The notes under the pieces: model-generated
The model's input: the letters and a program-made list of their open reading frames with translations, nothing else
Databases searched by the model: none
Told to the model about the DNA's origin: nothing
Program-made: the position numbers and the translations under genes
DNA from: Felis catus
Lineage: Eukaryota
Assembly: GCF_018350175.1 (NCBI RefSeq)
Contig: NC_058368.1
Span: forward strand, 176,392,001 to 176,456,000
Direction of reading: 5' to 3'
Length of the DNA stretch: 64,000 bases
Part shown: positions 1 to 11,119 of the stretch, piece after piece
Layout of the letters: every line of letters begins with the position of its first letter
Numbering within the stretch: position 1 is the stretch's first letter

Positions 1-867
1 GACCCAGACCTGATTGTTACACATCCATTAACAAGGGTGAGACTGCAGAGACTGTGAGGCAGAGGTCTGGACTATTGGTTGGTGGCAGGAAGGGGACAGG
101 ACACCTTACTTGAATTTTTGTGATCAGGCTCAGAAACAAGTCGAACCCCCTCTCCTCTCATGGGCCTTGGGTATCCTCTCCGTGGGGACTCAGGCACAAA
201 GCATCAGAGCGTCTGCTGGCACGGACCCTCACAGGCTGGGGGCTCCTGGAGGTCAGTGACCAGAGGAGTATAGTCCAGGCACTGAGAGCTTAGCACATAC
301 CCTACACTTGACGGGTCTGAACTCATTTATTCCCCATATCAGGAAACTGAGGATCAGAGAGGTGAAGTGAGAAGTGACTTCCCCAAGGTCCCGCAGCTAA
401 TAGATGGGAGAATGAACCCAGCTCTGCCACATGGGAAGCCTGCAGGACATGCATCCTGTGTCCTGGCTGCTGCATTCCCTTCCCCAGGGATGTGGAGACC
501 CAGGGCTGGAGAAGGCACCCACGGCTTCAGTGAGTAAGGGCCGGGCAGGAGCAGCCGGGGTGGGGGTGGGGGAACCCCAAGGCCATGCTCCTATGACCCA
601 CCTTGGAAGGCAGCAGTGGATTCCAATTTGATTGCCCAGCCCCAGGGCCCTGCTCAGGGGACAGCCCACGGGGAGCGTCCCTCTCCCGCAGGAAGCACTG
701 GAGAGGCTGGCAGGGGGTCAGGCCATGGGGTGCAGGGAAGCCTACCTTTCGAGAGATGTGAAACTTGAGACAAGTCACTTCACCTCTCTGGGCCCATTTT
801 CTACTCTGGAAAATGAGGCTATGAGGTTTTCCTGCGCGCATGGCGTTTTGGGTTTGTTTTGGTTTTA

Positions 868-1098
868 TTATTTTTTTTTTTAATTTTTTTTTCAACGTTT
901 ATTTATTTTTTGGGGGACAGAGAGAGACAGAGCATGAACGGGGGAGGGGCAGAGAGAGAGGGAGACACAGAATCGGAAACAGGCTCCAGGCTCTGAGCCA
1001 TCCGCCCAGAGCCTGACGCGGGGCTCGAACTCACGGACTGCGAGATTGTGACCTGGCTGAAGTCGGACGCTTAACCGAATGTGCCACCCAGGCGCCCC
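868..1098 (-). mobile_element. Young felid Can-SINE (SINEC_Fc-type)
   Basis: Reverse complement has the ggggcgcctgggtgg head, (CT)n tract, AATAAA and poly-A; TSD tgttttggtttta on both sides. Confidence 0.95.
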
Positions 1099-1109
1099 TG
1101 TTTTGGTTT

Positions 1110-2125
1110 TAATAAACTTCTCATTGTGGAGTAATAGATGCAGAGACAGTACAGAGAGTTCCTATGCGCCCTTCATCCGGCTTCTCCTCACATTAACGTC
1201 TTACGTAACCACGGTATGCACGTCAAAACGAAGTAACACCATACAGCACCAAAACTAAGCTACAGACAGGACTACAGGTTTCGCCAGTTTCCCCACAAAC
1301 CCCCTTCTTCCTGTTCCTGGACCCAACCTGGGATCTCACTTTGCATGTAGTTATCCTGTGTCCTTAGTCTTGAATCTGTTGACAGTTCCCCCTTCTTCCC
1401 AAGGTTTTCGAGACCTTGTCACTTTTGAAGCGTACTGGCAGGAGTTGCGTAGAATGTCGCCCAACCTGGGCCCCGATGATGCTTTCTCATGATTGGGCAG
1501 GCTTGGGTTGTTTGGGGAAGAATGTTCGGAGGGGAGGTGTCCTTCCCATCACGTCCCATCGGGGGTGCGTGACGTCCACAGGACGTCTCACTGGCTGATG
1601 TCAACCTTCATCACTTGGTTGTCTCTGGGCATCTACATAGGAAAGTTACCATTTCCTTTCCACTCTCTGCTCTTTCCATTCTCTGCATCACTGAGTCCAG
1701 CCCATACTCCAGGAGAAGAGAATTAGGCTTTACCTCCTGGAGGGGGTATTTATCCATCTACATTACTATATTACTTGGAATTCTTCTGTTAAGGAAGAGC
1801 CATCCCTTCTCTCCCACTGATTTACATCAGTACACTCTCATACTCCTTTTTTGTAATTCTTTGGCACATAAGACAATCATGCCATGATCTGTTACTCCGA
1901 CTACCCCTGTGTTAGCCTTTGGCCTCTTTCATGTTGCTCCTGTGTCCTGCTGATGCACCCCTAGCCCTTTTTTCCCCCCTCCGGGAGCTTCTTTGCTTTT
2001 TGGCCCAAGATGATCCAAGCTTACTCTACTCTCTTCCTGCCCCGGCCCTGGAACCAGCCCTTTCTTTAAGGAGACTTTGGGTCCTTTTACTGAACACTGG
2101 CATTTAGAAACCAAAATCTGGTGCA
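1110..2125 (-). mobile_element. Old L1 (L1MC-like) fragment
   Basis: Antisense L1MC-type 3' UTR motifs (ttgcatgtagttatcctgtgtccttagtc; tcacttggtt...gaaagttaccattt; ttagaaaccaaaatctgg). Confidence 0.65.
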
Positions 2126-2493
2126 ATTCTTCTTCTTCTTCTTTTTTTTAATGATTAAAAATGTGCTTATGTCAAAAACTCCAGAGTCTAAAAGGGAAGA
2201 AAAGCCCTCCTGACCCCTTGAGCCCCAGTCTCCCCTCCCAGGGGCAATTGCTACTGATGATTTCGGGTGTATCCTTCCGGAAACAGATAGTGCCGATGCC
2301 TTGCAGGGTTCTGGTGAGAACAGAGATGAGACGAGGAACTATATGAAGGGCTCGCAAGATGCCCATCCTTTGTCCTCTCCTCCCGTCTCCCCTTCTTTTC
2401 TCCCTGGTTCAGCAGTTCTGCACAGGGAGAGCAGGCCCGGGTACAGGAGGTGGGGAGAGGGTGAGGACAACGGCAAGAAGGATGGCTACTCAC

Positions 2494-2555
2494 TAATGGC
2501 CCCGGTGTATGTTGGCTGCGTAAGGTCCTTGGGCACCTTCCTGTAGATGTCAAAC
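2494..2555 (-). CDS. ERGIC1: ERGIC1 coding exon 2 (62 nt, (R)FDIYRKVPKDLTQPTYTGAI(I); phase-1 intron follows)
   Basis: Minus strand reads ctgtctgctttgctctctgcag|G TTT GAC ATC TAC AGG AAG GTG CCC AAG GAC CTT ACG CAG CCA ACA TAC ACC GGG GCC ATT A|gtgagtag. It has a pyrimidine tract, an AG acceptor and a GTGAGT donor, and its frame joins exon 1 exactly (AG+G = Arg7). Confidence 0.97.
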
Positions 2556-4084
2556 CTGCAGAGAGCAAAGCAGACAGGGGTGAGGTGGGCGCAAGGGGTG
2601 GGTCTCAGGGCAGCAGGGAAGATGGTTTCAGCTTGCTTGCCACGTGGGCAGCAAGCCACAGCTGTTCCTGGAACCAGGTCCTCCTACTCCTTCAGGTCAC
2701 CTCCCCCAGGAGGCCTGAAGGAAAGCCCTCCGATGGGACCCTGCCCCATCCCCTGGTAGCGTTTCCTCACAACACTCAGAGCCACCAGGCAGGACCCTCA
2801 TTCGGTTACGTTTCTGGGTTGGTCTTCCCCCCCATCAGAACGGAACTTCCACAAGGGCAGCGATCTTGTTGGGTTTTGTCCTCCGCCCACGTCCCCAGAC
2901 CCTAGCACAGGCCTGGTGCGTAGAAGACACTCAGCAAGCCCTTGTGGAATGAACTGAACCCGCGTCTTGGGTTTTTCTAATGATGAAGGAAATAGGGAAA
3001 TGCACCGTCTTTCCTGAGTTCCATGACGGCACTGCATTCTTGCCCGGTGTCACCTCTCCTCCCCCTCTTCCCTTTCCTGTCTCCCCCTCCCCCTCCCGTC
3101 TCCACTCCCCCCCTTCCCCAGCTCCTGCAGCTTGCCTGTGGAGTTCCTTCTTAACTCCAAGGCGTGAAGTTAACAAAATCCTGCCTGGAGCCCAGTCTCA
3201 GCGTTAGCTTGCGACAGTTCTGGCTCGTGTCTAATGGGGGTCTCCTCCCCACACGCAGAGCAGATGCCTTGATGCCTTTCTTTCATATGGGTCCCACCAC
3301 AGCAAATGAGGGTTGTGGGGTGCGGCGGAAGAATCTGGGATCTGGGAGTCAGACAGACACAGCAGATTCTGGCCAGCTATTTAAGAGTGAGGATCCTGGA
3401 ATCAGACCACCCTGGGTTCAAATCTTTTGGGCTGGTCTTCCTTGTTTGTGGCTACTGTTACCAGGTCCTGCCAGGCCATCGAGAGGAGTAACGGAAATAA
3501 ATGTCTGTGGTGGATTTACACAGCATTCACAGAGGAGGCGCCTCACACACTTGGCTTCCTTCCTGTCACTTGAACCTGAGCAGGCAGTTCTCACAAAGCA
3601 GAGTTCTATCCCCTCAGTGTTCCTAGGCTCCCGGGCAGGGCTTGGCATGGTGAAGAGGCCGGCTGCTCCAGCCCTCGGGGGCTACCAGTTGGCATGTGGT
3701 TCCCCTTTGGTGATTGGGAAAAGCTGTTAGCACCCTGCTAACCTCAACGCAATGACTTGGAAATCTTGCGTAAGATCTGATGCTTGACTACCGTGCGCTC
3801 GTCCTAACTGCACGTGAAGTGTGCTGGGTTTCCTAACACGTCAGGGGAGAAGATATTCCTGTGGGCTGCCAAGTTAAAAGGTAACACTTTCTCTCCGGCC
3901 TGCTCAGCTACCAGTCTTCCGTTCTTGGGCCCTTAAGGGGCACTAGAAACTGGGGCTGGGGGTGTGGTTGAGCGGGAGGGGTCCATGTGACTCAGTTCTC
4001 CATACCTACTCATCTCCCTTATTCGGAAAATGCTGACCCCTTTAACCACGAGGGGCATGTAAGAGATAAGAGGCATTCATGTAC

Positions 4085-4310
4085 TGTGGAATTAGCCCAA
4101 CTGGGCTCAAACGTGACTCCACCACTGTTCAACCTTGGGCATGTCACTTACATAACCTCTCTGAGCCTCAGTTCCCCTGGCTGTAAAATGGGGCAATGAT
4201 ACTATCTCGTAGCATAGCGGTTAAGGCCAAGTGACTTAGTGCATAGAAAGCACTTAGAACTGTGCCTGGCACCCAGGAAGTACTATATGAATATTTATTT
4301 GCAGGTACTA
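4085..4310 (+). mobile_element. MIR SINE
   Basis: Core aacctctctgagcctcagttcccctggctgtaaaatgggg and 3' end aaagcacttagaactgtgcctggcac. Many other MIR relics (e.g. ~330, 7000-7180, 7800-7975, 14400-14570, 21030, 28940, 33100, 38640, 46490, 48490, 53090, 58170) are not listed individually. Confidence 0.85.
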
Positions 4311-5562
4311 TTCTTTTTTTTTTTTTCCGTTACTATTGTTAATGTTCGGCTGACTAACATCTATGAGCACCTACTACATGCTAAGTCCTCTCTTAGGCAC
4401 TAGGACACAGGTATAAGACTCAGACCTTGGCCTTGTGTGCCTACAGTTTAGCAATAAAGACAAAGAAGGAAATGGAAGGAGGGTACAATGGTGTTCCTTC
4501 ATAAGGTTTGCTGAAAGTGCTAGGGGGACCCAGAAAGCGGTCCATGGGGTGGTCCACGAAGCTTCCGGCAGCAAGTGATGTCTGAACAGAGCAGGAGGAT
4601 GGAAGGCTGAGTAGGAAGAGGCATAAAGCAGTCCACGTAGTGAGAACACCAAAAACAGGGGCCAAGAAAGACGACCAGACCTGGCGTGCTGGAGCGTGGA
4701 GTTAGTTCACCTGCCCGTGACGCTGGGATGGGATGATGACCGAACCTGGCGTGCCAGAGCGCAGAGTCCCCTTGCACGAGGCACTGGGACGGCATGGAAT
4801 GACAGGCACCAGAGAGGTGGGAGGGGCTTACACTCCACCTTCCCTGTCCAGTTAATACCAGGTCGCCATCCAGGGCCCACAGGCAGAAACTGGGCCTCAC
4901 AGTTTAAAAACTTCATCAACCACCACTTCAAAACTGGGAGTTTTATGGGAAGTCAGAGGTCACTCGGGGTGAGGAGGTGGGGGTAGCTGAGGGCAGAATG
5001 TCAGAATCTGATAAGGGTGAAGAGGCCAGAGAGGGGAGATTGACACATTGGGGTGGGGGACACTAATCAAATATGTAAATACAGTGAGGATAATGGACGC
5101 CTGGGGCTCACTGTTGGCAAAGGGAGGTCTATATGGAGGGAAAAGTAGAATAAACTCTGTGCTGCTCGAGTGGAAATGGAGGTTTCACTGTGGATTCATG
5201 ACTTTCAACATCCACCAATACAGAAATACACATCCTATTCACATACATTTCCTGGCTCATTCCACAGGGAGGGTCCGGGAACCGTGACAGCCAGATAGCA
5301 AACGGCACATCAGGTACTCAAATGTTGGCTTCTAAATCTCCCTCTCTACTTGCAGAAATGGCTGATCCCAGGGCTACGTGAGGAAAATCCAAGATGAACT
5401 TGGAACATCTTCTTATGTCAGAAAGCAAGACAGTGTTCAAAGAATGGTGGGGTCACTGGCCAAAGAAAGGACGATGTGAGCACTAAAATAAAAAATCACA
5501 GTGATAGGTTATAACCCATTGGATAAAATAGGAAGCCACGGATCTATATAAAGAAATGAATA

Positions 5563-5662
5563 GTGCTCGCTCCGGCAGCACACGTACTAAAACTGGAACG
5601 GTACAGAGATCAGCACGGCTCCCCGCGAGGACGACACGCAAATTCGTGAAGCTTCCGTATTT
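5563..5662 (+). pseudogene. U6 snRNA retropseudogene, full length (5' part of a U6/L1 chimera)
   Basis: gtgctcgctccggcagcacacgtactaaaactggaacggtacagagatcagcacggctccccgcgaggacgacacgcaaattcgtgaagcttccgtattt aligns end to end with vertebrate U6, with substitutions and small deletions. Upstream sequence is old L1, not a U6 promoter. Confidence 0.95.
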
Positions 5663-5996
5663 GTCATGCCGTTTGCAGCGACGTGGATGGAACTGGAGGG
5701 TGTTATGCTAAGTGAGATAAGTCAGTCAGAGAAGGACAGATACCATATGTTTTCACTCCTTATGTGGATCTTGAGAAACTTAACAGAAGACCATGGGGGA
5801 GGGGAAGAGGGAAAAATAGTTACAAACAGAGAGGGAGGAAGGCAAACCACAGGAGACTCTTAAATACAGAGAACTGAGGGTGGATGGGGGGTGGGGGAGA
5901 GGGGAAAGTGGGTGATGGGCATTGAGAAGGGCACTTGTTGGGATGAGCACTGGGTGTTGTATGGAAGCCAACTTGACAATAAATTATATTTAAAAA
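5663..5996 (+). mobile_element. 3' end of a carnivore/felid LINE-1 (ORF2 C-terminus, 3' UTR, short A tail) fused to U6
   Basis: Translates as PFAATWMELEGVMLSEISQSEKDRYHMFSL, typical of the L1 ORF2 C-terminus, followed by a G-rich 3' UTR, AATAAA and an A tail. TSD aaagaaatgaat at 5550-5561 and 5997-6008 encloses U6 plus L1. Confidence 0.92.
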
Positions 5997-8659
5997 AAAG
6001 AAATGAATGAACCCAAAATTTGATGAGAAACAGGATATTTACATACCTTCAAATACCACCCCACAAAATCCTTACTAATTACAAAGGGAAAAAGAGTAAT
6101 GTTATAGTTGAGAAACTTACATCATCTTGACCAAGTGACCAAAGTGAGTGTCACCAGTAAGGAGACATATCATGTGCCTCTTGGTCTGAGATATTGGGGA
6201 AGGCACACCATTACACTCGTGTGGGAAACTTGCTCAAAATGCACAACCTCAAATGAATCATGAGAAAGCAACACACAAATCCAACCGGAGGGTTCATGCT
6301 ATAAAATGACTGGCCAGTACTTGTCAAAGGTATCAAGGTCATTCAGACAAGTAAAAGGCTAAAGAACTTTCAGAGATTGGAGGAGACTAAAGAGACATGA
6401 CAACTGAACCATGCAGGATGTCCCAGACGAGAAAAAGAACATCAGGGGGACAATGGTTAGGATTTGAATAAGAGCCATGTATTAGTTAATACTACGGTAT
6501 AGTGTTATTTTCCTGGTTTTGATAATGGTATTTTGGTTATGTAACATGGTAATATTTAGGGAAGTTTCAGTAAAGGGCTTATGGGAAGTCTTTGCATTAG
6601 TTTTGCAAATTTTTTTGTAAGCCAGAAATTATGGCAAGATAAAAAGTTAAAAAGGCTCTTTAAAATTTAATAGAATTATAAAAAAAAAAAATTGTAAGGG
6701 GGAGATTTCACATAAAAATCCCACACAGCCTGCTTTCTTCATACATATCTGGTCCCTCTAGGCTTCTGATTTTGAGGTGCTGGCTTAACAAATGTTTACT
6801 GAGTGTGCTGGGTGTCAAGAATACATCTTTGTTGGGAGTGAGAATGGCGAGGGGAGGGTTGAATGAACAAAGGTCTAAGAGAGGAGGGTAGACTTGGACC
6901 AAACTACAGGAAGCAATAGTGATCGAAGGAAAGAGGTGCTCTAGAAAGAGTCACTGATGTGAAACCAAGATCACTGCCAGCCTGGGCACTTTTACATATA
7001 CATATTTACATGTAATTCTTACAATAACCCTGGCAGACACAGATATCCCAATTTTTCAGAGAGAAAACCAAGGCTAAGCTATAAGCAACTTGCTCAAAGT
7101 CACCAAGCCCGTGACTAGTAGAGCTGGGATTCAAACCCAAGTCTGAGTCATAGGCCATGGCCCTTCCACTGCCCTATACTTGTGGGAATCAGTATAGAGG
7201 TCACTTACTGGTAAATTAGTCTCAGAGTTTTGCTTACTTTTCCACAGATGCTGCCCAGAGCAGGTGAGAATCTCCTAAAAGACAGGGACCAGCTCAAAAT
7301 ACATTAATTCACTCAACATATATTTACTAAGTACTTACTGGCAGTATTCTAGATATGGGAAAAGGGAAGCGGTCAAGGTAGACATGGCCCCTGCCCTCAT
7401 GGAGGTGCCAATCTAGTAATGCTTTTGACTCCTTGAGAAGGGCCACCTAAACGGAATGTTCTCTAATGATTATCCCATTCCCATGTCATCAATCCAAGCT
7501 GCGGAGTGGTGGTGGGGTAAAGGGAGAGCTGAAAAAGACCCTGGGTTCAGAGCTGACCACAAGCCAAGTGAGTCAGCAGTGAATGTCACTAAGAAATGGG
7601 CCACAGGAAGACTGGTGAGAACCTAGGCATGTGACAGACAGGGAAGTGAGCCGTCGTCCTCTCTGGTTTACATTAGTCAGTCCCTCACTGCGGTGATGTG
7701 GTGATGCGATTAGCTGTGGCCACCCACTGTCAAGAGAATATGGAGGAAAGGGTAGAGAGTGTGGAAGAGGGGGAAGGGGTGCCTAGTGCATATCTAGTGT
7801 GGGCTCAGCTCATGCTATGCCTTTGGCTGGCATGTTCTCATTTAATTCTCTTGACCAGCCTTCAAGTTAGGGATTTTTAGCCCATTTTACAGATGAGGCT
7901 CACAGAGGCTGGTGGTTTGGCTAAGCTCACACACCTGTGAAGTGCCACAGCAGGACTCTGAATCCAGGCCTAATTTACATTCTTGCTGTTTTTTTTTCCA
8001 ACCATGTGGGGCCCAAACTGAGACCATGTCAGTGGAAAATGCTTAGGAAAAAAGGTTAAAGAATTGGAATTGATTAGCCTCAAACAGAGAAAGCTAAACT
8101 ATGGATTCTTCATCACTGTCAAGCAAAAAAATGCTTTTTTCCTGCCCTCCCACCAGAGTATGATTTTCTTGAGGCAGGACCTGGGCCTCCTTGTTGCCCA
8201 GCCCTGCCCAATCCAGGCCCCTGGAGAACTGACCTGAATGAATGAGTCAATGAATGAATCTGCACAAAGATAAGATCCACTGGCTGCTCTTAAAAACAAG
8301 ATTAGGCTGAAATGGACAGCGGAGAAGCTGAGTCTTCAGGGGTTCCTTGTACTGGATGTTGAGAAATCTTCACTTCAAAGCGGGTGGGGGGGGGGCAAAG
8401 TGGACTTAAATTAAAGTAAGAGAGCCATCAATTGGACTTAAGGAAGACTGATCCAATGCCAGGACAATGGCAGTAGTGACTGGAGCGAGGCTGGCAAGAG
8501 GTTTATCCTTGCTGGGACAGGACACAAACACAGAGACCCCACAGGGGCCTCCTGCCTTCAAAACCCTCCACTGTCAGGTCTAGAAGGTTCTCTAAGATCA
8601 CTACGTCCAACCCAATCATTTTACAGATGAGAAAACAGAAGCTTTAAGAAGAGTGACTT

Positions 8660-8877
8660 GGGGCGCCTGGGTGGCTCGGTCGGTTAAGCGGCCGACTTCG
8701 GCTCAGGTCACGATCTCGCGGTCCGTGAGTTCGAGCCCCGCGTCGGGCTCTGTGCTGACAGCTCAGAGCCTGGAGCCTGCTTCAGATTCTGTGTCTTCCT
8801 CTCTCTCTCTGACCCTCCCCCGTTCATGCTCTGTCTCTCTCTGTCTCAAAAATAAATAAACGTTTAAAAAAAAAAAA
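8660..8877 (+). mobile_element. Felid Can-SINE
   Basis: ggggcgcctgggtggctcggtcggttaagc head, (CT)n, aataaataaa and poly-A; TSD aagagtgactt. Confidence 0.95.
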
Positions 8878-8978
8878 AAGAGTGACTTGTTCAGTTCGAG
8901 GTGCAATTAGACACAGAATATTTAAATCAGAAACAAGCCAATAAAAAGCTGATGAAATCCTTGTTATCTCTCAGATGC

Positions 8979-9209
8979 TAGCGGTTCCCAACCAGGGGCA
9001 ATTTTGGGCCCCCAGGAGACATCTGGCAATGTCTGGAGATATTTTTGGTTGTCGCACGGGGGACTGGGGGAGTTACTGGAACCTAGCGGGTTAAGGCCAG
9101 GGGTGCTAATGCATCCGACAATCCTGCAATGCATAGTAAAATCCCCCCCACCCCACAACAAAGGATTACTGGCCCCAAATGTCCAGAGAACTGAAGTAGA
9201 GAAACCATG
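8979..9209 (+). mobile_element. MER20-like hAT-Charlie DNA transposon relic
   Basis: gcggttcccaaccaggggcaatttt...gacatctggcaatgtctggagatatttttggttgtc...ggccccaaatgtc...gagaaaccatg, with degenerate terminal inverted repeats. Confidence 0.85.
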
Positions 9210-11119
9210 TCGTACGAGACCAAAACTTCACATGTGGGAAGCTCATTTTCCCACTGAGTCTGTGTTCTGTCTGAAAGGCAGCCAGTTGCCTCTGCTCCCG
9301 CTGGGTGAAGTCATGGCCACGGCCTCGATTGCCCCCACGGAGACCAGCGATCTGGATTAAGCAGTCTTTCCCTCTCCTTTGTGCTCTGTGCCTGAGAAAG
9401 AAGAGCTCACTTGGAGAGATCTGGGCAAAGGAACCCACAGAGAAACAACGAGGTCCACCTAGACTTGTGGCTTACCGTGACAGTCGAGTAAGTCCAAGGG
9501 TCACTATTTTAATAAAACGCGCTGAATCTGCGCCTCTAACACTCCTTACCTTAAGATCAAACATACATCAACATTGATACGAGGAGTTGATGAGAATATA
9601 GGATTTACTTAACAGAAACTACTCTACAGGCTGCATCTAGCCTCCTGAGTGAGGAATGGCAGCATAACCTCACCCAAAATAAACACGCATACGTCTTCCT
9701 CTGCTCCCAAGCAAGGAAATTGCCGCTGGAAATCTCTGACTAATGGATTTCTTCTGTAATTTCTTTTCATAGCAGAATGCCTCAGCTTTGCTATTTTAAC
9801 TTTTGCTGCTTGGGACCTCACTTCTCCCTTGCTCTTGGAGACGAATCTCAGATCACTCTGTGGTTCGCCATATGTGGGCGGCTACCAGGCAGGCAGGCGC
9901 TCGTGATGTCACTGTTTCCAAGGCTTAATGAAATTAGACGCCATTGAGGAGCAAGTCATTGGAAGTGGTGGGTCACTGGTCCCAAAAATAGCCAGCAAGG
10001 CTTTTAGTTGGTGCTGTGGCCTGGTCACCCCTGCCCACCAGCCTGTCAAGAGGCTTCAGTGCCAAGTACCAGGGAGTTAGGTGAAAAGTGTGCTTGCTTG
10101 TTCACTTACTCATTTCTTCCACCTTACTGAGAACCACTGGTGTGGTGTGGGGGGGGGGGGGGGAGGGTGCACGCGCACGCCTACGCACATGCGTGTGCAT
10201 GCTGGAGGGCACACGGAGGTAAATGAATGTGTCAGAGCCAAGCACGGGCAGGGAAAGAACCCTACAAGCACCAGTTCTCTTGAGCCCTAGAATCACTCTC
10301 ACAGCCCCCTGAATCCTGCCCTTGACGTTCAAACTGCTAATAAGAGCCCACACCAATCCTTCCTCTGTCAGAAGGAAGGGGAAAAAAATCTGTCTCCCTC
10401 TCCAGCCCACATAGAAGAGCTTAGAGGGTGAATCACGGCCATCCCAGCTACTCTGTGGCTGTCCCCTTTGTGAGGGACCATTGTGCACCCAGTCGTGGAC
10501 TCATTAACTCAAGTCCTTTTCACAACCCTGTGTAGTAGATTCCATCATTCTTCCCATTTCACTTGCCCAAGATGCAGGACTCGACGCCTGCCATCTAGCT
10601 TCAGGACATATGCTCTAACCGCTGTGCCACAGGCCTGCCTGAAGCACGCAGACAGGCTGGGGGCTGAAGGAGTGGAGGTCTGGGGGATGACCCTCTGCAC
10701 AAAGCACTTCCACGTGCACAGTTCTCTCTCTCTAGCCCATCCCCTGAGGCTCTCTCCCCAAATCTCGGAGCCTGTGTGGAGGTCTCTATCTATAGGCTGT
10801 TCTCCCAGCTCCAACTGCCTCCCCTGTGACCTTTCTCATCCCAGAATACCCTCTCTGACCACAAAGTCCTGGTCTTCCCCCTCTCTTCCTTCCCACAGAA
10901 GCCACTAAGTCTGGCCAAAGAGGAAGAAGAGCTTCTAGAAGGCACCCCCTGACACAGCCTGCCCCACCTTCCCAGACTCTGTGGACATATACATTCCCGG
11001 CACAGCCCCAATATGGCTGCAGGGTCCTCTACTCTGACTGGACCTAGTCGAGCCAGATTTGTTCCACAATCTGTGGATCGCGCAGGGCCTGGCCCATTAA
11101 TGGCACTCAGCAAATTCCA

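Larger units (their letters stand above)
1..2493 (-). other. ERGIC1: ERGIC1 intron 2, partial (runs off the left edge)
   Basis: Begins at the GTGAGT donor after exon 2; I found no sequence coding the next ERGIC1 residues (transmembrane segment) in 1-2493. Confidence 0.85.
5190..6690 (+). mobile_element. Old L1 (L1MC/L1MD-like) 3' UTR fragment interrupted by the U6/L1 chimera
   Basis: Old-L1 3' UTR motifs such as ttactaattacaaagggaaaa, ggagactaaagagacatgacaact and ttttgcaaattttttgtaag on both sides of the insertion. Confidence 0.7.

Noticed and set aside
5563..5662. Functional U6 snRNA gene
   Set aside because: Deletions next to the ACAGAGA box, many substitutions, no upstream U6 promoter, and fusion to L1 within a TSD.
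5666..5863. 65-aa ORF as an independent gene
   Set aside because: It is the terminal fragment of L1 ORF2 running into the 3' UTR.
8660..8740. tRNA genes suggested by A-box/B-box-like words (gagttcgagccc)
   Set aside because: These are the tRNA-derived heads of Can-SINEs, not complete cloverleaf tRNAs.
868..8877. Inverted SINEs flanking exon 2 as drivers of a circular RNA
   Set aside because: Exon 2 is only 62 nt and the SINEs are about 7.5 kb apart; nothing else supports back-splicing.
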